In this document: positions 35,458-43,880 of the stretch, one piece after another
Layout: every line of letters starts with the position of its first letter
Position numbering within the stretch: position 1 is the first letter of the stretch
Assembly (NCBI GenBank): GCA_905233445.1
Contig: CAJOEP010000002.1
Coordinates: 23,108-87,107 of the forward strand
Length of the DNA stretch: 64,000 bases
Reading direction: 5' to 3'
DNA from: an uncultured Bacteroidales bacterium
GTDB lineage: Bacteria > Bacteroidota > Bacteroidia > Bacteroidales > F082
Position numbers and translations under genes: made by a program
The notes under the pieces: model-generated
What the model was told of the DNA's origin: nothing
Databases searched by the model: none
The model's input: the letters and a program-made list of their open reading frames with translations, nothing else

Positions 35458-36243
35458 ATGTTAGGAGCAATTATAGGCGACATCGTAGGCAGCACCTACG
35501 AGTTCAACAACACTCGTGATTACAACTTCGAGCTCTTCCCTCAGGGCAGCTCTTACACCGACGACACCGTCTGCACCATCGCCATTGCCGATGCTATATT
35601 AAAAGGTATCCCCTACAAAGACAGTCTGTTAGATTGGTGCCGCCGCTATCGCAACCCCATGGGAGCCTACGGCAACATGTTCGCCCAATGGATCGATGCC
35701 GACAATCCCCAGCCCTACAACAGCTATGGCAACGGAGCCGCCATGCGCGTCAGCCCTATCGGTTGGGCATTCCCCAATCCTAAGGAAGCCATCGACGAAG
35801 CTCGCCTCTCAGCCGAGTGCTCCCACAACCATCCCGAAGGCATCAAAGGAGCCGAAGCCATTGCCGCCTGCACCACCTATCTCGCAACCCATCACACCAA
35901 TCCATACGCCAACCAAACGGTTATCATGCTTGCCGCCAACTTCTACGGTGTCAACTTCCGTGAAAACGTCCCCACCCCAGGCACTTGGGACGGCACCTGT
36001 CAAGGCTGCGTACCATTGGCAATCAAACTCTTTCTCGACTCAAAGAATTTTGAAGACGCCATCCGTTTGGCAATATCCTATGGCGGAGATAGCGACACCC
36101 TCGGCTGTATCGTCGGCACCCTCGCCGGCGCCGCCTACGGCATCCCAACCGAATTAAGAGAAAAGGCTTTAACCTATCTCCCTGAAGACATGAAAGAAGT
36201 AATCAATCAATTTGAAACACAATATTGCAAATCTAAGCTCTAA
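35458..36243 (+). CDS. ADP-ribosylglycohydrolase family protein
   Basis: MLGAIIGDIVGSTYEF, NGAAMRVSPIG and YGGDSDTLGCIVG are typical ARH/DraG-fold motifs. Confidence 0.8.
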   Translation: MLGAIIGDIVGSTYEFNNTRDYNFELFPQGSSYTDDTVCTIAIADAILKGIPYKDSLLDWCRRYRNPMGAYGNMFAQWIDADNPQPYNSYGNGAAMRVSPIGWAFPNPKEAIDEARLSAECSHNHPEGIKGAEAIAACTTYLATHHTNPYANQTVIMLAANFYGVNFRENVPTPGTWDGTCQGCVPLAIKLFLDSKNFEDAIRLAISYGGDSDTLGCIVGTLAGAAYGIPTELREKALTYLPEDMKEVINQFETQYCKSKL

Positions 36244-36324
36244 AGTCTAAGGTCTAAACCCCGAGCTCTCCTGGTTCTCTGAACACTCCGAGTTTTTTGG
36301 CGAAAAATTTTAATACTGCTGTCG

Positions 36325-37248
36325 CTACGACTTGATTGTATCAAGCATCTCTCTCAACCTCGACACAACAGCTTCACCTACCAGTTTTATCATCGAATCT
36401 GCAGAACCAGTCTTTGCATAGTCGTCAAAAGCATCGTAATACTTCCGTCTGTCGGCAAATTTGATGTTGATAGCTGGTAAACCAGCCTTTATCAACTGAA
36501 GATTTATCAGAAGTCTTCCTGTTCTACCATTGCCGTCGATGAATGGGTGTATGCTCTCAAACTGCAAATGGAAATTGGCCACACATTCCACAATGTGCAT
36601 CGTTTTACTCCATTTCTGATAATTCTTCAGCAGCTCTTCAATCTTCGGCTCTATCAAATACTGCTGCACCGGATTTGTCAAAGCACCTGCTATCCTAACA
36701 TTGACACGCCTAAAAACGCCTCTATCCTCAGGATGGTCAGCCAACACCAAATTATGAATGCTCTTGATATCACATTCTGACAGAGGTTTGTCTTGTTTCG
36801 CAAGCTTTTCAACGTATTCGAAAGCCTCCTTATAACCCACTGCCTCCAGATGGTCTTTCAAAGGCTTCTGGTCAATGGTTATCCCTTGAAGCACAAGTGC
36901 CGTTTCCTTCAAGGTTAAAGTATTGCCTTCTATAGCATTACTATTATAGGTGTGTTCAACAAGAAACACCTCTTTTATCGCTTCCACCTCTGCAGGTGTC
37001 AGCGGACGACATGAATCCAACGATTTCTTAAGTGAATCAACCTGCTCCAAAATTGGAGTATATTTTTTATAGGTGGTTCTTTTGACATACGTGCGAGCAT
37101 CGATTGGTTGCTCCGCATCATCAGGAATTATATATAAATTACCCTTTCTTTCCACTCCTGCGATGCGGCCTTGCTCGCACAAAAGCCTCACTCTTCTTGA
37201 AGAAATTCCCCATTTTGTAGCGGCTTCAGAAACTTTTATAAAATTCAT
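36325..37248 (-). CDS. Fic-family protein with N-terminal HTH
   Basis: Fic motif HPFIDGNGRTGR. N-terminal MerR/excisionase-like HTH VSEAATKWGISSRRVRLLCEQGRI. Confidence 0.9.
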   Translation of the reverse strand: MNFIKVSEAATKWGISSRRVRLLCEQGRIAGVERKGNLYIIPDDAEQPIDARTYVKRTTYKKYTPILEQVDSLKKSLDSCRPLTPAEVEAIKEVFLVEHTYNSNAIEGNTLTLKETALVLQGITIDQKPLKDHLEAVGYKEAFEYVEKLAKQDKPLSECDIKSIHNLVLADHPEDRGVFRRVNVRIAGALTNPVQQYLIEPKIEELLKNYQKWSKTMHIVECVANFHLQFESIHPFIDGNGRTGRLLINLQLIKAGLPAINIKFADRRKYYDAFDDYAKTGSADSMIKLVGEAVVSRLREMLDTIKS

Positions 37249-37340
37249 ATCATTCCGATTTTAATATTTAAACATTAAAACAACAATGATATTATTCCTA
37301 TTTTAATAATTTTCGGAATAATACAAAAAAAGAACGATAA

Positions 37341-37362
37341 AAAAAAGCATGAAAATCATGCT
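37341..37362 (-). terminator. Intrinsic terminator after tRNA-Leu
   Basis: Minus strand reads agcatga-ttt-tcatgct followed by a T-run. Confidence 0.6.
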
Positions 37363-37370
37363 TTTCTAAG

Positions 37371-37454
37371 TACCCAGGGCCGGGATCGAACCGGCACGAG
37401 TGTTACCTCATCGGTTTTTGAGACCGACGCGTCTACCAATTCCGCCACCTAGGC
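37371..37454 (-). tRNA. tRNA-Leu (anticodon CAA), long variable arm
   Basis: Reverse complement GCCTAGGTGGCGGAATTGGTAGACGCGTCGGTCTCAAAAACCGATGAGGTAACACTCGTGCCGGTTCGATCCCGGCCCTGGGTA. It has the D-arm, anticodon loop CTCAAAA and T-arm GGTTCGATCC. CCA is not encoded. Confidence 0.85.
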
Positions 37455-37565
37455 TCAATTCTTTCAATGAACTTTTTCGACTGCAAAATTAATACATTTT
37501 TTGTTACACGCAACATTTTTTTTTATAATTTTGCAACCGAAAAATTAAACAAACACTTTTTAACT

Positions 37566-38504
37566 ATGCAAGAGCCCATTGTATCAATCTTTTCAGGCAG
37601 AGCCACACGTTATCTAGCCGACAAAATTGCCGATTTTTACGGCAAACCGCTCGGAACATGCAACGTGACAGTGTTCTCCGACGGAGAATTTCAACCATGT
37701 TTTGAGGAAAATCTACGCGGAAGAGACGTATTTTTAATCCAATCTACCTTCCCGCCGACAGAAAACCTCATGGAACTTCTGATGATGGTTGACGCCGCCA
37801 AACGCGCATCAGCACGCCGTATCATCGCCGTCATTCCTTACTTCGGATTCGCCCGTCAAGACAGAAAAGACCGTCCGCGTATCAGCATCGCTGCAAAGCT
37901 CGTCGCCAACCTCCTTCAAGTAGCAGGCGTCACACGCGTCATCACAATGGACATCCACGCCGACCAGATTCAAGGATTCTTCGACATCCCAGTCGACAAC
38001 CTATACGCATCGAAAATTTTCATACCATATATTAATTGCCTGAACCTGAAAGATCCTATCATGGCATCACCTGACGCCGGCGGCACACGTCGCGCCTCGT
38101 CATACGCCAAGATGCTCGACACTGTGTTCTGCATCTGCCACAAACAGCGCTCAAAACCGAATGAGATAGAAAAGATGCTCCTCATCGGCGACGTGAAAGA
38201 CCGCGACGTCATCCTCCTCGACGACATCATCGACACAGCAGGAACAATCACACGCGCCGGCCAGCTGCTCAAAGACAACGGCGCTCGCAGCGTACGCGCA
38301 TTCGCAACACACGCCATCTTCTCAGGCTCGGCAATGGAAAAAATCGACAACTCAGTATTCGACGAAGTGGTCGTAACAGACACCATCCCGCTGAAGAACC
38401 CAAGCAAGAAGATTCACGTGCTCTCAACAGCCGAACTCTTCGCCCAGGTCATCCAGAAAGTGGAAAATTACGAATCACTCAGCGAGTTCTTCAATAAAAA
38501 ATAA
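37566..38504 (+). CDS. prs: Ribose-phosphate pyrophosphokinase
   Basis: FARQDRKDRPR and DDIIDTAGT PRPP-binding motifs. ATG at 37566 after a taattttg box. Confidence 0.95.
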   Translation: MQEPIVSIFSGRATRYLADKIADFYGKPLGTCNVTVFSDGEFQPCFEENLRGRDVFLIQSTFPPTENLMELLMMVDAAKRASARRIIAVIPYFGFARQDRKDRPRISIAAKLVANLLQVAGVTRVITMDIHADQIQGFFDIPVDNLYASKIFIPYINCLNLKDPIMASPDAGGTRRASSYAKMLDTVFCICHKQRSKPNEIEKMLLIGDVKDRDVILLDDIIDTAGTITRAGQLLKDNGARSVRAFATHAIFSGSAMEKIDNSVFDEVVVTDTIPLKNPSKKIHVLSTAELFAQVIQKVENYESLSEFFNKK

Positions 38505-38568
38505 TGTAAGGGCGAATCATTATTCGCCCCCACGATAAATAAATTATAAACGTTAAAAAATTAACAAA

Positions 38569-39168
38569 ATGAATTCAGTATCATTGAGCGGTTCTCTCCG
38601 CGAGAACGTAGGGAAAAAAGATGCTAAAGCATTGCGCGCTAAAGGTCTCGTACCATGCGTCATTTACGGTAACAACATCGAACAGGTGAAATTTGCAACA
38701 GACGCAAGAAGCTTCAAAAAGATTCTTTACACACCTGAGACATTGATCATCGACTTCGAAATCAATGGTAAAGTTTACCACACAATCCTCCAAGACATTC
38801 AGTATCATCCAGTTACTGACGAAGTCCTCCACGCCGACTTCCTCGATGTCAACGAAGAAAACCCAATCACAGTTATGCTTCCTATCCGCACAGAGGGTAC
38901 ATGCCCAGGCGTTATGCGCGGCGGCCGCATGAACATGAACCTTTCAAAATTGAAAGTCCGTGGTTATGTCAACGATCTTCCGGATAACATCATCGTAGAT
39001 GTTACAAAACTCCAGATGAACCAGGCTATCAAAGTGAAAGACCTCAACCTCGAAAAGATGACCGTCCTCGTTCCTGAGAACACCATCGTCGTCGATGTAA
39101 AGGCCCCTCGCAACGCAGCAGCAGCTGAAACCGAAGAAGAAGGCGAAGCAGCAGAAGCAGCAAAGTAA
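38569..39168 (+). CDS. rplY: 50S ribosomal protein L25/general stress protein Ctc
   Basis: L25/Ctc N-terminal domain (REN.GKK.A.ALR..G.VP.V.YG) with an acidic/Ala-rich tail. Confidence 0.9.
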   Translation: MNSVSLSGSLRENVGKKDAKALRAKGLVPCVIYGNNIEQVKFATDARSFKKILYTPETLIIDFEINGKVYHTILQDIQYHPVTDEVLHADFLDVNEENPITVMLPIRTEGTCPGVMRGGRMNMNLSKLKVRGYVNDLPDNIIVDVTKLQMNQAIKVKDLNLEKMTVLVPENTIVVDVKAPRNAAAAETEEEGEAAEAAK

Positions 39169-39194
39169 TGTAAATTTTAAGAAATTTATATGGA

Positions 39195-39222
39195 AAAAGC
39201 CTTCGTTTGAAGGCTTTTTTTT
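39195..39222 (+). terminator. Intrinsic terminator after rplY
   Basis: aaaagccttc gttt gaaggctttt followed by a T-run. Confidence 0.7.
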
Positions 39223-39233
39223 ATTTTTGCAGC

Positions 39234-39797
39234 ATGAAATATCTTATCGCTTGTCTGGGAAATATCGGAGCCGAGTACGCCAACACGCGGCATAACATCG
39301 GTTTTATGGTCGCCGACCATCTTGCGAAAGACCTCGAATGCACCTTCACCACCAGCCGCCTGGCCATGGTGTCGGAGATGAAATACAAAGGCCGCCAGAT
39401 GATTGTCATCAAACCCACGACATACATGAACCTCTCCGGTAAAGCCGTGAAATACTGGGCAACACAGGAAAAAATCCCGATTGAGAACATCCTTGTGGTC
39501 TGCGACGACCTCGCCCTCCCCGTCGGCACCCTGAGAATGCGTAAAAAAGGCAGCGACGGCGGTCATAACGGACTTAAAAACATAATAGAATCGCTCGGCA
39601 CAAGCGACTTCTGCCGCCTGCGCTTCGGCATCGGCAACGACTTCGCCAAAGGCAAACAAATCGACTTCGTCATCGGGGAATGGAAACAACAGGAAATCTA
39701 CGAGATTCAGCCTCGTCTCGACGTCGCCGTGGAATTTGTCAAGAGCTTCGTAGCAATCGGCCCGGATTTGACAATGAATCAATTTAACAACAAATAG
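39234..39797 (+). CDS. pth: Peptidyl-tRNA hydrolase
   Basis: MKYLIACLGNIGAEYANTRHNIGF and DDLALPVGTLRMRKKGSDGGHNGLK. Confidence 0.95.
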   Translation: MKYLIACLGNIGAEYANTRHNIGFMVADHLAKDLECTFTTSRLAMVSEMKYKGRQMIVIKPTTYMNLSGKAVKYWATQEKIPIENILVVCDDLALPVGTLRMRKKGSDGGHNGLKNIIESLGTSDFCRLRFGIGNDFAKGKQIDFVIGEWKQQEIYEIQPRLDVAVEFVKSFVAIGPDLTMNQFNNK

Positions 39798-39874
39798 CCA
39801 TTAGGTTTTAGCCATTAGCCATTAGGTTTAGAGAAGATCATTGCTAATGGCTAATGGCTATTAGCTAATAGCTC
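39796..39874. repeat. Inverted arrays of heptamer GCCATTA between convergent pth and cobB
   Basis: agccattaggttttagccattagccattagg ... ctaatggctaatggctattagctaatagct. The arrays include the pth stop and the last 6 codons plus the stop of cobB. Confidence 0.9.
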
Positions 39875-40555
39875 TAGAAGTTCTTTCATTCCTTCTGAAG
39901 CACCTTTTTTAATATGCGTTATCGGGCGGTGAGTGTTGATGTTAACATCCTTAGGGTCAATGAGATACACTTGAGCGTTGGACGGAACGTAATACAGAAG
40001 GCTTGCAGCCGGATACACGTTCATTGATGTTCCGATGATGACGAAAATGTCAGCTTTTTCAACGAATTTTACTGCCTTATCGATTTCAGGGACCGCCTCA
40101 CCAAACCACACGATGAACGGACGCAGTTGGCTGCCGTCGCCGGCTTTGTCGCCCATTTTCACCTCAAACTCATCAGGTTTCAGCTCGCGGATGTATCGAG
40201 GGTCGTTCGGATTATAGCTCGAGCATACTTTCGTCAGCTCCCCATGTAGATGTATGATGTGATGACTGCCTGCTCTTTCGTGCAGATTATCAACATTTTG
40301 CGTTACGACAGTCACATCGAAATACTTTTCCAATTCGGCACAGAGGATATGACCTTGGTTCGGCTTTACGTCAAGCAACTGCTTACGGCGCTCGTTGTAG
40401 AAATTGATAACCAATTCAGGGTCAGCCTCATAGCCCTCGATTGAGGCCACCTGCATCACAGGGTATTTGTCCCATAGTCCGCCAGCGTCTCTGAACGTAC
40501 TGATTCCACTCTCGGCACTGATGCCCGCTCCGGATAAAATGACTAACTTTTTCAT
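39851..40555 (-). CDS. cobB: NAD-dependent protein deacylase (sirtuin, CobB-type)
   Basis: ATG at 40555 (MKKLVILSGAGISAESGISTFRDAGGLWD), with QNVDNLHERAG and HLHGEL. Confidence 0.85.
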   Translation of the reverse strand: MKKLVILSGAGISAESGISTFRDAGGLWDKYPVMQVASIEGYEADPELVINFYNERRKQLLDVKPNQGHILCAELEKYFDVTVVTQNVDNLHERAGSHHIIHLHGELTKVCSSYNPNDPRYIRELKPDEFEVKMGDKAGDGSQLRPFIVWFGEAVPEIDKAVKFVEKADIFVIIGTSMNVYPAASLLYYVPSNAQVYLIDPKDVNINTHRPITHIKKGASEGMKELLELLANSH

Positions 40556-40691
40556 ATTATTTTTATTTTTTTCGGTCGCCTTTGGCGAGAAATTTTTCAA
40601 ATTTAATTCAAATTTTTCAAATCTAATATTTCTTAAAATTTGTTGAATTTGATAAAAATTTGTTGAATTTCTGCCCGAAGGGTATCTATAA

Positions 40692-43133
40692 TTAGACGCG
40701 ATGAATTGCGTCTCTACGTAATTCATTCAAAACAATTCTCAATTCTCCCCAGGAGTAGTCCTCGCCAAGCACGTCACGGGCTCTGCCCAACGACGAATCT
40801 TCGGTTTCGGTGAAGTATTCCACGATGTTTTCGTAATGTTCCTCGCTCATGAAATCCTTGGCGTCGGCGTAGCCTTTCAAAACGAGTTCTGCCACATGCT
40901 GCTCGATGGTTGATTGTGCCATGTTGCGCTTCTCTGCAATCTCATCAATCGAAAGCCCCTCCTCAATCAATTCCTTTGTACGCTGAACCGAACTGCCGAG
41001 TTCCAGCTCCTCTTTCGACTCTTCATCGTCAAATTCCTGTTTCTTAAATCCTTGATACTCAAGCACTATATTCAAAATATCGGCTCCAAAACGCTGCAAA
41101 CGTGTAGCTCCGATCTTTGACAGCGACTTCAACTCCTTGACCGTGGTCGGCTTCTTTTCCGCGATATCCGTCAACGTTTTTGTTGGAATGACTTTAGTCT
41201 CGCTAACTTCTAGAGCATCAGCCACTTGCTCACGCCATGCCACCAATGCCTTGAACAGCTTGTTATCCTCTTTCGACAGCTGTTTTCTCGACAACTTTAC
41301 CTTCTTCGACTTGTTAAGTTCCTCAGCCTCAACGATTTTTTTGTTCTTCGTGGCAAGATATTTCTTCATCTCGAAGCCTCCCAAACAACATTCCAGACAA
41401 GCTTTTTTAACAAACAAATCCGTCTTAAAAGGTTCTAACTCCTTCTTAATCTGGTCATTAACGGCTTTATTGTCGGTCTCGAATGGCAAATCCGCAATCT
41501 CGTCCAAGTCAGAAAGCTTATCCAAGAAATAAGAGCAGCCTTTTTTAACTCGTTCTTGAAGTTGCAAGTTATTGTCAATCTGGAAGTTATCTTTCAAAAT
41601 ACCGCCAATCTGACGCTTGAATTTTTCCGACACCTCGACCACTTCCTCGTGAAACTTCTGCCCTTTCGGCGCAATTTTTTCATTCACCGAAGTATCGAAA
41701 CTGCCTTTGTTGGCAAAAACAACCTTTCTTATGCCGTTCAAATCGCTCTCAATGTCAATAAAATCGATGAGTTCGAACAATATCTGCGACTCATAGAGTT
41801 TTTTGTTGTATTCAAACTGCTCCTCATTCGGCTCCCGCATCGGCAATTCCGCCACAAACTTATTGATTATCAAATCATTAAACAATCCCGTTTGCGATAA
41901 TTTCGCCTTCAGCACCAATCCTTCGAGCGATGTGCAGCGACTCAAAGCCACATAAACCTGCCCGTGAGCAAAAGCCATACTGGCATCCAAAATCAGTTTA
42001 TCGAACGTCAAACCCTGGCTTTTGTGAATCGTTATCGCCCACGCCAGTTTCAGCGGAATCTGAGTGAAGCTGCCCACCTCTTTTTCCTCTATTTCTTTGG
42101 TTTCCTCATTGATACTATATTCGAAATTCTGCCATGTCACAGCTTTCACCTCAATCACCTCATCGCCACAGCTCACCTCAAGTCCGCTTTCCTCGTCATA
42201 ACTTACAATCCTTCCGATTTTTCCGTTGAAATAAGCCTTCTCCGGCGACGGGTCGTTTTTCACGAACATCACCTGCGCCCCAATCTTCAGTTCGAGTTCA
42301 AATTTGGTCGGATACGAACTCTCCGGAAAGTTGCCGAAAATCTTTGCAGTAAACTTTAAAGGCTTGGTTTTCAATGCGTTAAGCTTACTTTCGTTTATCT
42401 CATCCACCTGACGGTTATGCGTCATCAGGGTTATGTACCCATCGTCTTCTGCGGGTTCAAAATCCGGATGATAATGGCTATTCAGAATCGCGAGACTCCC
42501 TGCATCGAGGCAGTTGTTGCGCACCTTATTTAATATGTTGATAAACTGTCTGTCCTCTTGGCGGTAGATGTGTTCCAGCTCGATGCAACAATATGGTGTC
42601 TTTGTAAGCACTTGACTATCAAAGAAATACACTGATTTGTAATAATCACGCAGCAAAGCCCATTCCTCTTCTTTTGCCACCGGTGCCAACTGATGGATGT
42701 CGCCAATCATCAGCACTTGCACGCCTCCAAATGGTTTTTCACTGTGTCTCACACGTCTCATCACCGCATCAACAGCGTCAAGCAGGTCGGCGCGCACCAT
42801 CGAAATCTCGTCAATTACAAGGAGTTCCAGCGAGCGGATGATTTTCAGTTTTACGGCAGAAAATTTTTGGTATTGCAACACATTATTATTGGGGATCTGA
42901 GGCCCGAATTCCAGCTGGAAAAACGAATGTATCGTCTGTCCGCCCGCATTGATGGCGGCGACGCCAGTCGGCGCCAAAATCACCATTCGTTTCGTGGGAT
43001 TCTCAGCCAGACCGCGCAAAAACGTCGTCTTTCCTGTGCCGGCTTTTCCAGTCAGGAAGATGTTCATGTTGGTGTAACGGACGAACTTTTCGACCATCTC
43101 CAACTTCGCGTTCTCTATTTTCTGCGTCTGCAT
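40692..43133 (-). CDS. Pif1/RecD-like SF1 helicase with C-terminal HRDC and HTH regions
   Basis: Walker A LTGKAGTGKTT, Walker B LVIDEISMV, and AITIHKSQGLTFD..VYVALSRC. An HRDC-like segment reads LFKALVAWREQVA.... ATG at 43133. Confidence 0.85.
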   Translation of the reverse strand: MQTQKIENAKLEMVEKFVRYTNMNIFLTGKAGTGKTTFLRGLAENPTKRMVILAPTGVAAINAGGQTIHSFFQLEFGPQIPNNNVLQYQKFSAVKLKIIRSLELLVIDEISMVRADLLDAVDAVMRRVRHSEKPFGGVQVLMIGDIHQLAPVAKEEEWALLRDYYKSVYFFDSQVLTKTPYCCIELEHIYRQEDRQFINILNKVRNNCLDAGSLAILNSHYHPDFEPAEDDGYITLMTHNRQVDEINESKLNALKTKPLKFTAKIFGNFPESSYPTKFELELKIGAQVMFVKNDPSPEKAYFNGKIGRIVSYDEESGLEVSCGDEVIEVKAVTWQNFEYSINEETKEIEEKEVGSFTQIPLKLAWAITIHKSQGLTFDKLILDASMAFAHGQVYVALSRCTSLEGLVLKAKLSQTGLFNDLIINKFVAELPMREPNEEQFEYNKKLYESQILFELIDFIDIESDLNGIRKVVFANKGSFDTSVNEKIAPKGQKFHEEVVEVSEKFKRQIGGILKDNFQIDNNLQLQERVKKGCSYFLDKLSDLDEIADLPFETDNKAVNDQIKKELEPFKTDLFVKKACLECCLGGFEMKKYLATKNKKIVEAEELNKSKKVKLSRKQLSKEDNKLFKALVAWREQVADALEVSETKVIPTKTLTDIAEKKPTTVKELKSLSKIGATRLQRFGADILNIVLEYQGFKKQEFDDEESKEELELGSSVQRTKELIEEGLSIDEIAEKRNMAQSTIEQHVAELVLKGYADAKDFMSEEHYENIVEYFTETEDSSLGRARDVLGEDYSWGELRIVLNELRRDAIHRV

Positions 43134-43143
43134 AGTCACATTA

Positions 43144-43545
43144 TTAAACCATTGCCTTACTCAACTCCTCAGCGAATTTCTTCACCGAGGCCTTGATTTT
43201 CGCCTCTGTTTTCGGAGACGGATGACGCCTTCCGCAAACATACTGCGAAAGCTGCGCCTTGTTGATTCCTGTTATCTTCGACATCCCCGAAAGCGTCAGC
43301 ATCCCCTTGAAATGCTGCAAAAATGCCGAAGCGTCATAAACAAAGTCGAACTCGGCTTCAACTTTCACACCAGTACGTTCATAATGGTCTTGTGCCATAG
43401 CTGCAAAACCTTCCACATAGTCTCGTTTTGCCTCTTCAACAGAAAAACCTTCTCCAAACCAGCCGAACGGGAAATCATCATTGGGTACATATACCGTGTA
43501 AAAACCATTGTCATTACATTCAATGTGAGCAGTGTATCTTTTCAT
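43144..43545 (-). CDS. hicB: HicB-family antitoxin (HicB fold plus C-terminal HTH)
   Basis: MKRYTAHIECNDNGFYTVYVPN... followed by MSKITGINKAQLSQYVCGRRHPS. Confidence 0.75.
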   Translation of the reverse strand: MKRYTAHIECNDNGFYTVYVPNDDFPFGWFGEGFSVEEAKRDYVEGFAAMAQDHYERTGVKVEAEFDFVYDASAFLQHFKGMLTLSGMSKITGINKAQLSQYVCGRRHPSPKTEAKIKASVKKFAEELSKAMV

Positions 43546-43611
43546 ATTATCAATTTTTAATTATCAAATCAAAACCTGATTTATCCAATATATTTTTTAA
43601 AGTACCAAATC

Positions 43612-43695
43612 TCATTTCTTGCGAATGATGAGTTGTTTTCCAGTGTCATAACATCCAAACCTTCTTAACAATCTCTCTAATTCCGAATATTTCAT
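43612..43695 (-). pseudogene. hicA: hicA toxin remnant (27 codons)
   Basis: MKYSELERLLRRFGCYDTGKQLIIRKK*. The first 15 residues match the HicA N-terminus (MKYSELERLLRK.GC) and the rest is deleted or shifted. It sits directly upstream of hicB. Confidence 0.5.
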
Positions 43696-43880
43696 TTTTT
43701 ATGACTTTGCAAAGTTAATGCTATTTTTTTGAATAGCAAACATTTTTTTATTTTTTTGCAAAATTATCATCCGGGAAGATTTTAGAATAATAAAACAGGC
43801 ATAAATCGCACCGATTTCAGCGATTTTAACTTCAATTTCAAGATAGTGAAGGAAATCTTAAAAATTATTTACAATTCTCA

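Noticed and set aside
24455-37454. An integrase, a transposase, or an att direct repeat of the tRNA-Leu 3' end defining a mobile island.
   Set aside because: None was seen on inspection of the ORFs or sequence. The island call is therefore left as compositional and positional inference only.
39851-43133. Sirtuin next to a large helicase as a SIR2-type defence system (DSR/Thoeris/SIR2-HerA-like).
   Set aside because: The sirtuin is a short CobB-type deacylase with housekeeping-like sequence. It is separated from the helicase by a 136-nt spacer with its own control repeats. The helicase is a Pif1/RecD-HRDC type common in Bacteroidota. No effector fusion is present.
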